A DNA stretch of 64,000 nucleotides, from NCBI GenBank assembly GCA_030390025.1, contig CM059431.1, forward strand, positions 115,508,001 to 115,572,000. The letters run 5' to 3'. Position numbers and translations under genes: made by a program. The notes below the pieces were generated by a model. That model was given only the letters and a program-made list of their open reading frames with translations. It ran no database searches and had not been told where the DNA came from. Positions 1-12,522 of this stretch are shown here, in pieces; the stretch's first letter is position 1, and each line of letters opens with the position of its first letter. This DNA is from Squalus acanthias (Eukaryota).

Positions 1-98
1 TGAGATGGATGTGCATCCATCTGATGCCTAGTGGCTATCCAGCTCCTGGTATTCTAGAGGGTAGTAGGAGTGAGGGAATGGTATATGTAGTGTCTTGA

Positions 99-345
99 GG
101 GGGTGATTTTAACCCTACTCGCTCAGCAGAAACCGGGCGGGTGTGCAGTTAAAATCGCTCTGACTCTTGCCTGTCCAAAAACCGCCATGATCGCAACATC
201 TGCAATTTTTACCTGCTCTCCTGAGCGGGCAGCAAGGACACGTGCCCGGAGCCAACAGGGTCCTTCTTTACATATGTATGTTGCGGCCCGATGATATCAT
301 TGAGATCCGACTGTAATTTAATTCAAGCCTGAGTGGGGAATCCAC
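99..345. mobile_element. Partial Harbinger-type MITE arm
   Basis: Starts GGGGGTGATTTTAAC, like the TIRs of other MITEs here; GC-rich with internal inverted GATTTTAAC...GTTAAAATC; no second end found. Confidence 0.4.
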
Positions 346-1877
346 CTGAAGCTAATATCGGATCTGTCCAATCTGCAATTCAATATGTTTACAATTCTTG
401 CTGAGACTTTCAGTTTCACCTACACAAAGCACCACGAATAAAAACTGCTACCATTTTGATTTGCATGCCATGGTGCTAAAACTCAGACTTTGGATGTGGA
501 TTCAGAGACCTCAGACATCAGACGTTCTGATTCTAAAAGATATTACTATCTTGAAGTCCAATTTAATCTGAATACTTGTGCCGAACAAAATTAGGAGTGA
601 AACAGTTGTTCCAACAGCCAAGCAATACAGTAATGTCCATATTAAAATCACCATTCCACATATTATAATCAATTCTCGCCTTAGTTCACGATATTTGTGC
701 AAGCTCTATGTCTGGGATGTCATTGGCTGAGGGGTGTAAGGGAAAAAGGCTGAAATGCACCTTAGAGTTCAGCAGAATAGGTTTCAGAAGTCTGGGGAGA
801 AGATAGGAATATTAACCAACGTTTAGCACTACTTTGTGAACTTTCAAAATATTATTCAGCTTTACCTGCAATTAATATTCAATAAATTTTCATCTATAAG
901 TATTTTGCTCCCACTGAAATAATTGCAGTTTATGGTCATTTATGAAAACACATTCAGCAATGTTTAATGTTAAAATATTGAAATGCAACAATGAACATTC
1001 ATTTTTTCCACTGCACCTTCAGTTAAAGAACAGGCTATTGGCTTATAAAGTAGAAGAAATCATAAAGTTAAACATTAAAATAAAAAGTTTTACACAAAAT
1101 AAGAAAAATGTGAAATGTTCTTCAAAATTTCCTGAATTGAGAAATAAATCAAATTGAAGGACACACAGACACAATTACAATTCCAGTGTCTTTCATAAAC
1201 ATTTAAGCAGTCAATTAAACTGAATGACTGTTTGGATTGTCCTTTGTCGTGCAGAAAGTCAGCGATTACTGCTAGTAATAATATTCATCCTCATTTTAAA
1301 TATGGCTGCTAGCCAGAAAAGCTATTTCTGTTTTTAAGAAGAGTAATGCACTGTCAAATTGTATCTTTTGTATCAGTAGGGAATATGTTAGTATTGAAGG
1401 AGGAAGAACACTTGCTTCTCTTTGCATTATTTGATTTGTTTCACTCGTAAGGATTGTATATAACAGGGGTACAGGTACGAAACTGAGCTCCAAACTTGGT
1501 ATGTTAAATAAATGATACAGTGAGTAACTGTTTGGTATACCATTCATCTACTGAGTAAGTTAGACCACATAACCTTTGATTCACCAAGTCACTCATCGGT
1601 GATGAAGTCCTTTTGTTATTCATGGAATAAACTGTGAATCTTACTCACTCTTTTGAATTGTGTACCTTATTTACACTATAACATTCGGCATAAATTCATG
1701 TACTTTTCTTATCGTACATACTTACTTCATCATAAATCCCATATTTTATGTAATCAATCTTGAGAATAAGTACTAACTTTTTGATTTCCTGATAGTCAAC
1801 TATTGACTATCACTTTAAAAAGTTGAAGTGCCTACACCACAATCATTACTTTGTCAGCATGTTTATCATCATTCTTT

Positions 1878-2080
1878 GAATTCATTCTCAAGATGTAGCT
1901 GTCACTGGCAAGGCCAAAATTTATTGCAAATCCCCAGTTTCCCTTGAGAAGGTGATGGTGGACCTTGTTCTTGAACCACTGCAGTCCATGTGGTGAAGGT
2001 GCTTCCACATTGCTGTTGGTAGGGAGTTCCAGGATTTTGAGCCAGCAACATTAAAGGAATGGCGATATTTATCCCAGTCA
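1878..2080 (-). mobile_element. 3' end fragment of a second non-LTR retrotransposon family (called LINE-B here)
   Basis: Diverged match to the repeats at 22531-22752 and 27693-28019 (ctggcaaggcc..atttattgc..cccttgagaaggtg..cttgaacc.ctgcagtcc). Confidence 0.7.
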
Positions 2081-2082
2081 GA

Positions 2083-2284
2083 GATCTTTTACGTCCATTG
2101 GAGAGGGCAGACGGGGCCTCGGTTTAACATATCATCCGAAATATGGCACCTCCGACAGTGCAACACTCCCTCGGTTCGGTACTGTACTGAGTGTCAGCCT
2201 AGATTTTTGTGCTCAAACTCCTGGAGTGGGACTTGAACTCACAACCTTATGACCCAGAGGCGAGGGTGCTACCAACTGAGCCAC
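2083..2284 (-). mobile_element. Deu-domain tRNA-head SINE (SacSINE1/DeuSINE-like), 5' part
   Basis: Minus strand has A-box GTGGCTCAGTTGGTAG and B-box GAGTTCAAGTCCC, then Deu core GAGGGAGTGTTGCACTGTCGGAGGTGCC; same family as 47877-49947. Confidence 0.8.
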
Positions 2285-2289
2285 TAATA

Positions 2290-4118
2290 CTCAACAGCTG
2301 AGCATCCACTGCCCTCTGGGGTAGAGAATTTCAAAGATTCACAAACCTTTGAGTGAAGAAATTTTCCTCATCTGAGTCCTAAATGGCCGACTCCTTATTC
2401 TGAGAGTTTGACCCCTAGTTCTCGACTCCCCAGCCAGGGGCAACATCCTCCCAGCACCTACCCTGTCAAGCCCCTTAAGAATTTTATACATTTCAATAAG
2501 ATCACCTCCCATTCTTTTAAACTCTAGAGAATATAGGCCTAGTCTACACAATCTCTCCTCATAGAACAATCCCTTCAGCCCAGGAATCAGTCTGGTGAAC
2601 CTTCATTGCACCCCCTCTAAGGCAAGTATATCCTTCCTTAGGTAAGAAGACCAAGACTGTACACAGTACTCCAGGTATGGTCTCACCAAGGCCCTATATA
2701 ATTGCAGGAAGACTTCTTTACTCTGATACTCCAATCCTTTTGTAATAAAGGCTAACATAGCATTTGCTTTCCTAATTGCTTGCTTTACCTGCATGTTAAC
2801 TTTCAGTGATTTGTGTACAAGGACACTCAGGTCCCTCTGAACACCAACATTTTCCAATCTCTCATCATTTAAAAAATATTCTGCTTTTCTATTTTTCCGA
2901 ACAAAGTGGATAATTTCACATTTCTCCAGATTATATTGCATCTGTCACGTTCTTGCCCACTTCCTTAACCTGTCTATATCCTTTTGCCGCCTCTTTGCGT
3001 CCTCCTCACAACTTACTTTCCCACCTAGCTTTGTATCATCAGAAAACTTGGATACATTACACTCGGTCCCTTCATCTAAGTCATTAATATAGAATGTAAA
3101 TAGCTGAGGCCCAAGCACTGATCCTTGCGGCACCCCACTAGTTACAGCCTGCCAATCTGAAAATGGCCCATTTGTCTGTTTTCTGTCCGTTAACCAATCC
3201 TTTATCCATGCTAATATATTACCCCCCAATCCCATGAGCCCTAATTTTGTATAATAACCTCTTGTGTGGCACCTTATTGAATGCTTTCTGAAAATCCAAA
3301 TACAACACATCGACTAATTCCCCCCATCTACCCTGCTAGTTACAACCTGAATAAACTTTAACAGATTTGTCAAAAACAATTTCTCTTTCATAAATCTGTG
3401 TTGACTCTACCCAATCACATTATGATTTTCTAAGTGCCTTGTTACCACGTCCCTAATAATAGGAGCAAGGATGTCTTACTACAGTTATACAGGGCCTTGG
3501 TGAGACCACACCTGGAGTACTGTGTGCAGTTTTGGTCTCCTTACCTAAGAAAAGATATACTTGCCATAGAGGGAGTGCAGCGAAGGTTCACCAGACTGAT
3601 TCCTGGGATGGCAGGACTGTCGTATGAGGAGAGATTGGGTCGACTAGGCCTGTATTCACTAGAGTTTAGAAGAATGAGAAGGGATTTCGTTGAAACGTAT
3701 AAAATTCTGACAGGGCTAGACAGACTGGATGCAGGGAGGATGTTTCCCCTGGCTGGGGGCTCTAGAACTAGGGGCCACAGTCTCAGGATACGGGGTAGGA
3801 CATTTAGGACTGAGATGAGGAGAAATTTCTTCACTCAGAGGGTGGTGAACCTGTGGAATTCTCTACCACAGAAGGCTGTGGAGGCCAAGTCACTGAATAT
3901 ATTTGAGAAGGAGATAGATAGATTTCTAGACACAAAAGGCATCAAGGGGTATGGGGAGAGAGCGGGAATATGGTATTGAGATAGAGGATCAGCCATGATC
4001 ATATTGAATGGCGGAGCAGGCTCGAAGGGCCGAATGGCCTACACCTGCTCCTATTTTTCTATGTTTTCTATGTTTCTAATAGATTCTAGCATTTTGCCTA
4101 CTACTAATGTCAGGCTAG
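2290..4118 (-). mobile_element. Decayed CR1 LINE RT region, interrupted by a + strand CR1
   Basis: ORFs 2339-3310 carry [33 protein letters not shown]; minus-strand CR1 resumes at ~4078, collinear with the CR1 at 53800-53860. Confidence 0.92.
3461..4077 (+). mobile_element. 5'-truncated CR1 LINE 3' end with (TTCTATGT)n tail
   Basis: ORF 3434-3979 is the CR1 ORF2 C-terminus (LVRPHLEYCVQFWSP...VVNLWNSLP); 3'UTR and tail present; TAATAG at both junctions. Confidence 0.93.
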
Positions 4119-4119
4119 C

Positions 4120-4580
4120 AGCTGCAGTTCTTGCAACTCTTAGAGGTCTCATTATTCAAGGCAGCATAGGGTACACTCTGCTACCCACAAGCCACCCGTT
4201 TACTGAACTCTCTCCCTTGAAGAGTTCAGAGTTACTGAGGATGAACTTCCAGCAAAACTGGCATTCATGTGGAGGATTCTTTGCATTTGGTTACACACAA
4301 TCTGGACAATAAGCGAGTGGTTCCTCTTTCTCTTAAGAAAGTTGAGGGGGTCAACGACAGGAGCTTGCAGTGGTACGTGGGTACATAGCCCACTGGATGA
4401 TATTGCATAGACCCTTTGTGGCTGCGTGAAATTAGTCTGTTCCATAACATTTGAGTGTGGCCATCACTGTAACAGCCAAATGCAGAGCTATCCAAGCAGA
4501 TAATCTTGGCCACAGGTCTTCATGTAGGAACTGGCACAGCTCCCCTCATGAAAGTACTGGCCATGCTCACTGATACCTTG
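4120..4580 (-). pseudogene. Heavily decayed PIF/Harbinger (HARBI1-like) transposase fragment
   Basis: Minus translation gives RKRNHSLIVQIVCNQMQRILHMNASFAGSS then GWLVGSRVYPMLP*IMRP, matching motifs of the transposase at 44.8-45.1 kb. Confidence 0.7.
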
Positions 4581-5196
4581 AGGTGCTTTAAAACAAACTT
4601 ATCTGAAGGGGTGAAAATAAGACTACCAAATATAGTTCTTAAAAAGTAATGACATTTCTGAAATATGGAAAAAATATCTAATAAAAAGTACTTAAAATGA
4701 ACTTTGAACAATACAATAAACACACATTTCCTTGAAAGAGCTCTATCACCCTTGGAACTTGTTCTCATGCCAGATGGGAGGTAAGGGGAAAAAAAGAGCA
4801 AATCCAAATAAAATCCCTGCAGAATCGTATCCCAGCAAGATATGTTGTTAGTATCAATTCCTTGGACTTGTAGCTTATGAGTCTATTTACACAGCCAAAC
4901 ATTTTATTGCCTTTGCAACAATGCCATCCACTGTGATGATACATTCAATATACTATGCAAGTGTAAGGCCTAGATCTTTTCTTTGACATGTATGTAACAT
5001 TGACTAGCCTTACTCGCAATGGCTGTATTGCCTGGAGTCCGAGAAGCAACTGATGGTACTCGTGAGACCCAGAACTAGCGTAGTTTCTCTTTGATGCTGT
5101 CCTGGCTTCATTCCATTTCAGACCTACTGCAGATGGATTATTTCCATCTAACTTCCTCAGTCACAACCCCTTTGGTCACCTGTACCTAAAGTAGTA

Positions 5197-6605
5197 AACA
5201 TAGAAACATAGAAACATAGAAGATAAGAGCAGGAGTAGGCCATTCGGCCCCTCGAGCCTGTTCCGCCATTTAAGGAGATCATGGCTGATCATCCGAATTC
5301 AGTACCCTGTCCCTGCTTTCTCCCCATATCCCTCGATCCCTTTAGCCTTAAGAAATATATCTAACTTCTTCTTGAATATATTTAATGAATTGGCCTCAAC
5401 TGCCTTCTGTGGTAGAGAATTCCACAGGTTCACCACTCTCTGGGTGAAGAAATTCCTCCTCATCTCAGTCCTAAATGGCTTACCCCTTATCCTTAGACTG
5501 TGACCTCTGGTTCTGGACTCCCCCGCCATCGGGAACATCCTTCCTGCATCTAGTCTGTCTAGTCCTGTTAGAATTTTATAAGTTTCAATGAGATCCCCTC
5601 TCATTCTTCTAAACTCGAGCGAATATAAGCCTAATCGACCCAATCTCTCTTCATACGTCATTCCTGCCATCCCAGGTATCAATCTGGTGAATCTTCGCTG
5701 CACTCCCTCCATGGCAAGAACATCCTTCCTCAGATAAGGCGACCAAAACTGCACACAATACTCAAGGTGTGGTCTCACCAAGGCCCTATACAACTGCAGT
5801 AAGACATCCTTGCTCCTGTACTCGAATCCTCTCGCTATGAAGGCCAACATACCATTTGCCTTCTTAACCACCTGCTGCACCTGCATGCTTACCTTCAGTG
5901 ACCGGTGCACAAGGACACCCAGGTCTCGTTGCACTTCCCCTTTTCCCAATCTATTGCCATTCAGATAATAATCTGCCTTCCTGTTTTTGCCAGCAAAGTG
6001 GATAACCTCGCATTTATCCACATTATACTGCATCTGCCATGCATCTGCCCAATCACCCAACCTGTACAAATCATACTGGAGTTTCTCTGCATCCTCCTCA
6101 CAGCACACACGCCCACCCAGCTTTGTGTCGTCTGCAAACTTAGAGATATTACATCTAGTTCCCTCGTCTAGATCATTAATATATATTGTGAATAGCTGGG
6201 GTCCTAGCACCGATCCCTGCGGTACCCCACTAGTCACTGCCTGCCACTCGGAAAAAGACCCGTTTATTCCAACTCTTTGCTTCCTGTCTGCCAAACAGTT
6301 CTCTATCCAAGTCAGTACCTTACCCCCAATCCCATGTGCTTTAACTTTGCATGCTAATCTCTTATGTGGGACCTTATCGAAAGCCTTCTGAAAGTCCAAA
6401 TACACCACATCCACTGGTTTTCCCTTATCTATTCTACCAGTTACATCCTCAAAAAATTCCAGTAGATTAGTCAAGCATGATTTACCTTTTGTAAATCCAT
6501 GTTGACTTTTTCCGATCCTGTCACTGTTTTCCAAGTGCTCTGCTATTACATCTTTTATAACGGACTCTAGCATTTTCCCCACTACCGATGTCAGGCTTAT
6601 CGGTA
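5197..6605 (-). mobile_element. 5'-truncated young CR1 LINE with uninterrupted RT ORF
   Basis: 439-aa ORF 5299-6618 ([30 protein letters not shown]); (TTCTATGT)n tail at ~5197-5222. Confidence 0.96.
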
Positions 6606-7790
6606 AGGCCAAATACACTCACTGTCTGCACCAGTTATCTCTTTAAAACTCCCTAAAAAATATTCCAATGAAAAATTAGCTTGTATCATAATGTGTTCAC
6701 TTTGAGAAGGCTTCTCACTCCTTCTTTGTTCTTTCATGCTTGCACTTAAACCTCCCACACAGCTGTAATATTTTCTCCCTTTTAGCACAAGCTACAATTC
6801 CTATTTATCACACGTCTCCAGATCCTTTGCAGGAGCAGAGTGGGTTCTAACAACTCTGAAAGTGTGACATGTTAGGACTGGTATCTGTTGGGAGATGGGA
6901 GTGGGAATGGGAGGAACGTGGGCATTCATGTTACTTTTTCATCATACTCAAGCAAAAAATATTGCATTCTACCTCTTATTTACAGATCGTGCATTCGCAG
7001 ACAGCATAACGTTTGGCAAACAGTTCTCAGGACAGCCCACTTATCATGGGCAATTCAATAACTGAATCATATATAAATTCCATGTTATGCCCTCACCTCC
7101 AATTTGACATTGACACGTATGCGTTATATAAACAACATAAACCTACTTCCTTTTCAAGTTCAGTATTTGGCTGCAGTATGTTGAAATATATACATTCAGA
7201 AACTTGAGAGGCATAAACAATCATTAGAGGACTTTTTGTCTTTTAAACTCCTGTCTAATTGAATATACTTTAGCAGCAATGCTAACTAGGACTGGTCTCC
7301 TTCCTTTGAAGACTGCAAATCAGCAAAGGCCTTGTTACCCTCAGCCCTGAATAATATCCCATTCACCGTGGAATTTGATCTATTGTAGACTGCAAACAAC
7401 ATTTTGATTGATCTGCTCCTGCCTTCCTGTTGAATATAGAGCGCTGCATGCATATCTCATTGTCAGTCTGAAAGAGGATGATATTTATGTCCGCTTTCTA
7501 TTTGAACTAAAAAATATTCGTTGATCTTTTATAGTGTAGGCCAGCTAAATGCCTAATTGTTTTTTCCTCTCCCAGAAGGAACAAAGATTCTGCCCAACTC
7601 CACCATAGGGTTTCTCTTCACCTCTTCTCACTTCAACAGGGTGTCTTTGTCTCTGTTCCCATCCCACCCAACCTTCAACAGGACCTTTCCCAACTTTACA
7701 TGTTCTCTCTCTCTCTCTCTCTTTCTCTCTCTATCTCAACAGGGTTTATGTCTTTGTCCCCTCTGTCTCTTTTCTTTCTTCCCCCTCAAG

Positions 7791-7823
7791 GAGGTGGAGG
7801 TGTTGTTGGAGCCAAGTACATAG
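7791..7823 (+). CDS. Candidate host-gene exon A (33 nt)
   Basis: Long pyrimidine tract ending CAAG| and consensus donor AG|GTAAGT in non-repetitive DNA; open as RWRCCWSQVHR (phase 2) or GGGVVGAKYI (phase 1). Confidence 0.45.
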   Translation, partial: EVEVLLEPST

Positions 7824-8114
7824 GTAAGTGCGTGTGTGTTTTTGGTGAATTTTTTCAAGCATTTGTCCTGTGCTCAATGTTATTTTTGAGGTGTATAGTG
7901 GGGTGGCTGGAGAATCTCACGGCAGTTGTACCTTGGTGAATTTTTTTTGCTGGAATGTGATTGGATAGAATGTGATTAAGTGAAAAATTTAAAATGTGGA
8001 GAAAGGTTTTATGTAATGTGAAGTGAAAAAAATACTTAATCAATGTCTGTCAGCCTTCAAATTGCATTTTGGTTTGAGCAGGAGCCTGAGCTCATAGTCT
8101 AAGCAATGCCTTGC

Positions 8115-8345
8115 TAAGGGAGTGCTAGATTGTTAGATGTGCTGTCTTTCAGATGAGATGTTAAACCAAATCCTGTCAGGTGGCTCAGTGGATGGTGAAG
8201 ATGACATTGCACTAATTGAAAAAGAGCAGGGAATTCATCCATTGGCCAACATTCCTCCTTCAACCAATATGACCAAAAATAGGTTAACTGGTCATTCGTT
8301 TGGTGGAGCTTGCTGGGTGCACAATGGCTGTTTGGCATGTAAGGC
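8115..8345 (+). mobile_element. Old diverged Deu-domain SINE core
   Basis: agggagtgct..gtctttcagatgagatgttaaacc..gagcaggga..ggccaacatt matches the Deu core of 47877-49947. Confidence 0.7.
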
Positions 8346-8754
8346 ACTTAACTAATAAGGAAGAATACCATTGATGGATGTTCAAAGAAGAAAATTGAGA
8401 AATGTTTGAGATACACACTTCAAACCCCAAACTTTTCAAATGCTAGTAGAATGGATAGACAGATTTTTTTCTCTCAGAGCTTTACACGTGGAAATTTTTC
8501 ATGGATTTAAATCTAAGCATGAAAAAATCCATGGACTGTGCATGTAACAACTAATATGCTTGTACAGTATTAGATTATTTGGGGGCATGAGATTGGCCTT
8601 TGGCGATGGTGAATTGGCAGCTTGCTTTAAACCGTGTACGAAGGAAAAGAAAATCGGGCGGAGTGTAAAGTGAGTTGCTGATTCGCTGTCGCCCGTGTTG
8701 TGCTACCAGTGAAGACCAACCTCACCCACTTTGTTCTCTCCATTCATTTGAGAG

Positions 8755-9070
8755 AAACAACAACAACTTGCATTTATATAGTGCCTTTAATGTAGTAAAA
8801 CGTCCCAATGCGCTTCACAGGAGCGTTATCAAACACAATTTGACACCGAGCCACATAAGGAGATGTTAGGGCAGGTGACCAAAAGCTTGGTCAAAGAGGT
8901 AGGTTTTAAGGCATGTCTTAAAGGAGGAAAGAGAGGTAGAGGGGCGGAGAGGTTTAGGGAGGGAATTCCAGAGCTTAGGGCCTTGGCAGCTGAAGGCACG
9001 GCCACTAACGGTGGAGCGATTAAAATTGTGGATGCGCAAGAGGCCAGAATTGGAGGAGCGCAGAGATCTC
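8755..9070 (-). mobile_element. L2 LINE 3' end
   Basis: Reverse complement of the 3' end of the L2 at 41070-41370, including the TATATAAATGCAAG(TTG)n tail. Confidence 0.85.
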
Positions 9071-9319
9071 TAGTCTGCAGGTCATGTACATTGTGCTGTA
9101 CAGGCACAAACTCGCTCTCTTTCAAAGGATTTGTTTGGCTTTTGCATAGTTCATTTCTTTGCATGCTAATTTTGCTTTCATTTCACGTGGATAGTCATTC
9201 TTATAGAATTCATCTTTTTATCAATCTGCATATTTATTCAGATATATTTCTAATTTCCATTGATACATTATATTTGTTTTGCCAATTGTTATCTGTTAAG
9301 TTAATGGTTAAATCTGATG

Positions 9320-9522
9320 ATGTCTCAGTTCAGTGGATAAATGCACCAAGTGGTGTTGTGCTAAATCATCCAGACCATGAAGGTACCAAGTTCAATTCTC
9401 AGTCAATGCTGAGCTAGTTCATCTTAACCACTGATGCTGAGGTTGCCTCAGCTCAATCCAGTGTCCCTGCACTAGGGAGGAAAATACAATATCAGCCTTG
9501 GCTCTTAATTCCTGATCACTAA
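9320..9522 (+). mobile_element. Old tRNA-head SINE-like repeat (called family X here)
   Basis: ctcagt..gtggataaatgc..cagaccatgaaggt..agttcaat..gctgagctag..agggaggaaaa..cagcc..cctgatc; related copies at 10255, 19005, 41830, 49952. Confidence 0.6.
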
Positions 9523-9527
9523 ACAGT

Positions 9528-9996
9528 GGCGTGAATTTTCACTTTCAAAATGAGCAGTAGTGGATCGGCTGTGATGGAAACGATTATCGGGTGTTGTATA
9601 AAACAGGCGGCCCATGCGAAGGAGAGGAGGTCCTCTGAGGTAAGCCAAAAGCTTTCTTCAGTGGGGCCAGGTGGAGCAGGAGTGCTTCTTCGGGCCCCGC
9701 AAGGAAGGCTTTGGCCGCGATTGTCCCGGGCTTCCTTTCCACTTCCTACCCATGAAATGGCCCAGTCTCCTCCTCTGCGACTTAACATGCTGCTGCCAGC
9801 TGGTAACCGGGCCCTGGGATGTTGTCCTGTCCGAAGCTGGCCAGCTGCCTCTTTCCGTCCATTTCGGGCGGGTGGCTGGCCGGCAGGAGCTAAATGAGGC
9901 CCAACTATTAACATAGGCCGAGGGCGGCTTCCCACGGAGACTGCCGGACGCAACGGCCCTCAGCTCCCCTCAGCTCCCCTTGGTTAAAATCCCCTC
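9528..9996. mobile_element. Harbinger-type MITE (family 2)
   Basis: Imperfect TIRs GGCGTGAATTTT / AAAATCCCCTC; internal GAGGTAAG followed by GGGCCAGGTGGAGCAGGAGTG, shared with the 10.9 and 51.1 kb copies. Confidence 0.65.
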
Positions 9997-10254
9997 TAAC
10001 AAGTTTTTAACCATTATCAATTCTAATATGAGGCTTCCCCGGGGACTGCAGCTGATTGGATGTTAATCAGAAGCTGATACGTATCAAAATGTCATCATTA
10101 GTACCCAACCAAAACTACTTATCTCTTTCGCCTTCTTTGTGCTGAGACCCTGGCCATCAACTTGTTTCATGTGAACTTCCATTATTTAAGCACAAAACTA
10201 ATTGCTAAAAACCAGTAATAAATACTGATAACCAATTGATTATTAATCTTCCCC

Positions 10255-10552
10255 ATTGGCGAGTGGGTAAAGGCATCATCTGTTGTAGTATTAAACCATG
10301 CAGAGTTAGTTGATCCCAGCCATGGTAGCATTTAGGGCATTGCAACTGGCCTTAGTATCCCCAGCTTAAAGAGGGGGAATATACGCCAGGGTCCATAATC
10401 CTGATTGCTGTCTAGTGACCCGAGTGTGTGCATATTTGTTAGAGACTAGCCTATTGGCACTCGCTGTCAGAGCTTACATATGAAGAATAAGGTATTTGAG
10501 TAAGGTATCAGTGGTTGTGGGCACCCATGACACCGCACCTTAGCAAGAGTCA
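10255..10552 (+). mobile_element. Family X SINE-like repeat
   Basis: Shares gagttag.tgatc, caactggcct, gccagggt, cctgattgct and gaagaat motifs with the 9320 and 19005 copies. Confidence 0.55.
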
Positions 10553-10554
10553 GT

Positions 10555-11174
10555 TAGTTTGAATCTGAGTGACCTTGCCTGGTGTTAACGGGGCAGTAAC
10601 GGCCTCCAAATGGGATCCGTAAGTAACCTTACCGTCCCAATAAGGCGATGTGGCTGGCGCCATTTTAAAAGGGGCCTACTGCTGCGTGTCCAAAGCGCCT
10701 GCCTGATTCAGGTGATAGGCCCCTTTTAATATGGAAATTAGGGTACTCTGATGTAAATAGGACCCCGATTGCCATTTAAGGAAGGACCTGGTCGGAGACT
10801 GCGCTGTGCACACTCTGACCAGTTTCACATGCGATGGAAATGAAGAGGCCCGCCAAAGGTAAGTCTTGAGTTATTTTTGTAGGACCCGGAGCAGCAGGAG
10901 AGCACCTCCAGGGCCCACTAAAATAAATGTGCCCGCTGCCGCCCTGGACGCCCCGCCCTCCGCGATCGCGACCCTCCCCCACCACCACCCCACCCCCGCA
11001 ACTTAGCTTCCTGATGGCAGCTAGGGTCTGTTTTCCTGTGCTGATTCTGGCGAGCTGTGTCGGAATTTGATGCTCTGCAGCTCACCTGGCAAATATAAAT
11101 GAGGCCAGAGCCTTAAAATGACGGTGGGGGGGGGGGGGGGGCCTCTTCACCGCCTAAAAGCCAAAATCTACCCC
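10555..11174. mobile_element. Harbinger-type MITE (family 2)
   Basis: Right TIR AAAATCTACCCC followed by AAT; GC-rich body with AAGGTAAGT plus GGAGCAGCAGGAG; left end degenerate. Confidence 0.6.
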
Positions 11175-11291
11175 AATGTCTTCGGAAGAGGGGAAGAAAA
11201 GGGGAGAACATTTGGTGGAGGGGTGGTTGGGGGGCGGTGGGGAGGAACAAGCAATTATTGATGAGGGGGTCTTGATGAAATACTGAAAGTA

Positions 11292-11623
11292 CAGGAAACT
11301 TTCGTTTATCCGGCACCCTAATATCCGGAATTCTCGCTTAACCGGCAAAAATCAGGTAAGTTTTATTATACAGACAAGACCCCGATTCTGACCTTTCGCC
11401 CCCACGAAAGGGGGGTCAACGTTCTTCCGACTCCGACCTGTCGCCGCCACGGAGGAAAAAGCCGGAGTCTCGTTTACCTTCCCTCTCCGGGTCCCAATTG
11501 TTCAGCCTGTGGCCGTGTACGGGGCTCTCGTACCTTGGTAAGTATACCTCTCTGTAATCCGGCACTTTCGATCAACCGGCACCACGCCGGTCCCGTCGGT
11601 GCCGGATAAACGAAAGTTTCCTG
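11292..11623. mobile_element. pogo/Tigger-like (Tc1/mariner) MITE, 332 bp
   Basis: Perfect 26-bp TIR CAGGAAACTTTCGTTTATCCGGCACC; TA on both sides (11290-91, 11624-25); repeated internal TCCGG/ACCGGCA motifs. Confidence 0.9.
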
Positions 11624-12445
11624 TAATACCATCTGGTGCCAGAGATAATTCAGCTACTGGTCACCCTTACAAAGATTAAACATGTTGATACTGTTAAGCT
11701 GCAACGATAAAGCCGCACTGAGGAAGAAACCCTGAACTGTAGGTGCACTTCACTTATTCCCAAAGCAGCCAATAGTCTAATTCTTTTATATATTAATAAA
11801 GCTTGTTGAATTGTACACAATGGTTAGTGTGAAGGTGAGCTTGGTAGTGATTCTTGCTCATTTTTTAAATTACATGCAATAAGGTGAACTGTTTATTATT
11901 TTAAGTTTAACAAGGCTGTTATTTCTTTGCTGACTATTTTATGCCGCATTATATATCGATAATCTTTTTATCTGCTTCATTTTTTTTGTCACCAAGCAGT
12001 AAACTACACCATTCCAAATGTCCTAGTGTCTAATTCTTCAGTGACAGGAAATTATCTGTAACAAGGTGTTTATGGTACAGCACATTTCCTCGTTGCATTC
12101 CAGCCTGTCTAGCACCTAGCAGACAGCAGTAAGCAGACAGCCTGGTGACAGAGCTCGTCTCGAAGCAGCCTAGGAGGGAACTCTGCTGTTTACCAAACTG
12201 AAGAATGAGGGTCTTTTGAAAGATCTGCTGGACGATATGCTCGAATATTGTGCTTTAGGGGAAAGGGCTTTCCAGGCAAATGAAGCTGAGCAGTTTGCAA
12301 AGTCATTAGAGGGTTATTACTGTCAAGGCAATTTAGTTTATGCTCTGCTGATAACCTGCCCTATATTTTGTCTTTTTTTCCCACAAGCTATTCTTTAATT
12401 AATGTAAAAAGCTATATTTTAGTTTTAGCTGTTCTCTCCTTGCAG

Positions 12446-12522
12446 GCTCTTTCGCAAAAGAGTAGATATGAGGAAAAAGAAATGGAAAGTTCTAACAGAC
12501 TATCAGCTCATTTTTAGCATGG
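12446..12522 (+). CDS. Candidate host-gene exon B (77 nt)
   Basis: Strong acceptor ttctctccttgcAG|; open frame LFRKRVDMRKKKWKVLTDYQLIFSM; weak donor G|GTCTGC. Confidence 0.35.

Noticed and set aside
2290..4118. Twin-priming inversion of a single CR1
   Set aside because: The two parts overlap in CR1 coordinates and the minus element resumes after the plus element's tail, so it is a nested insertion
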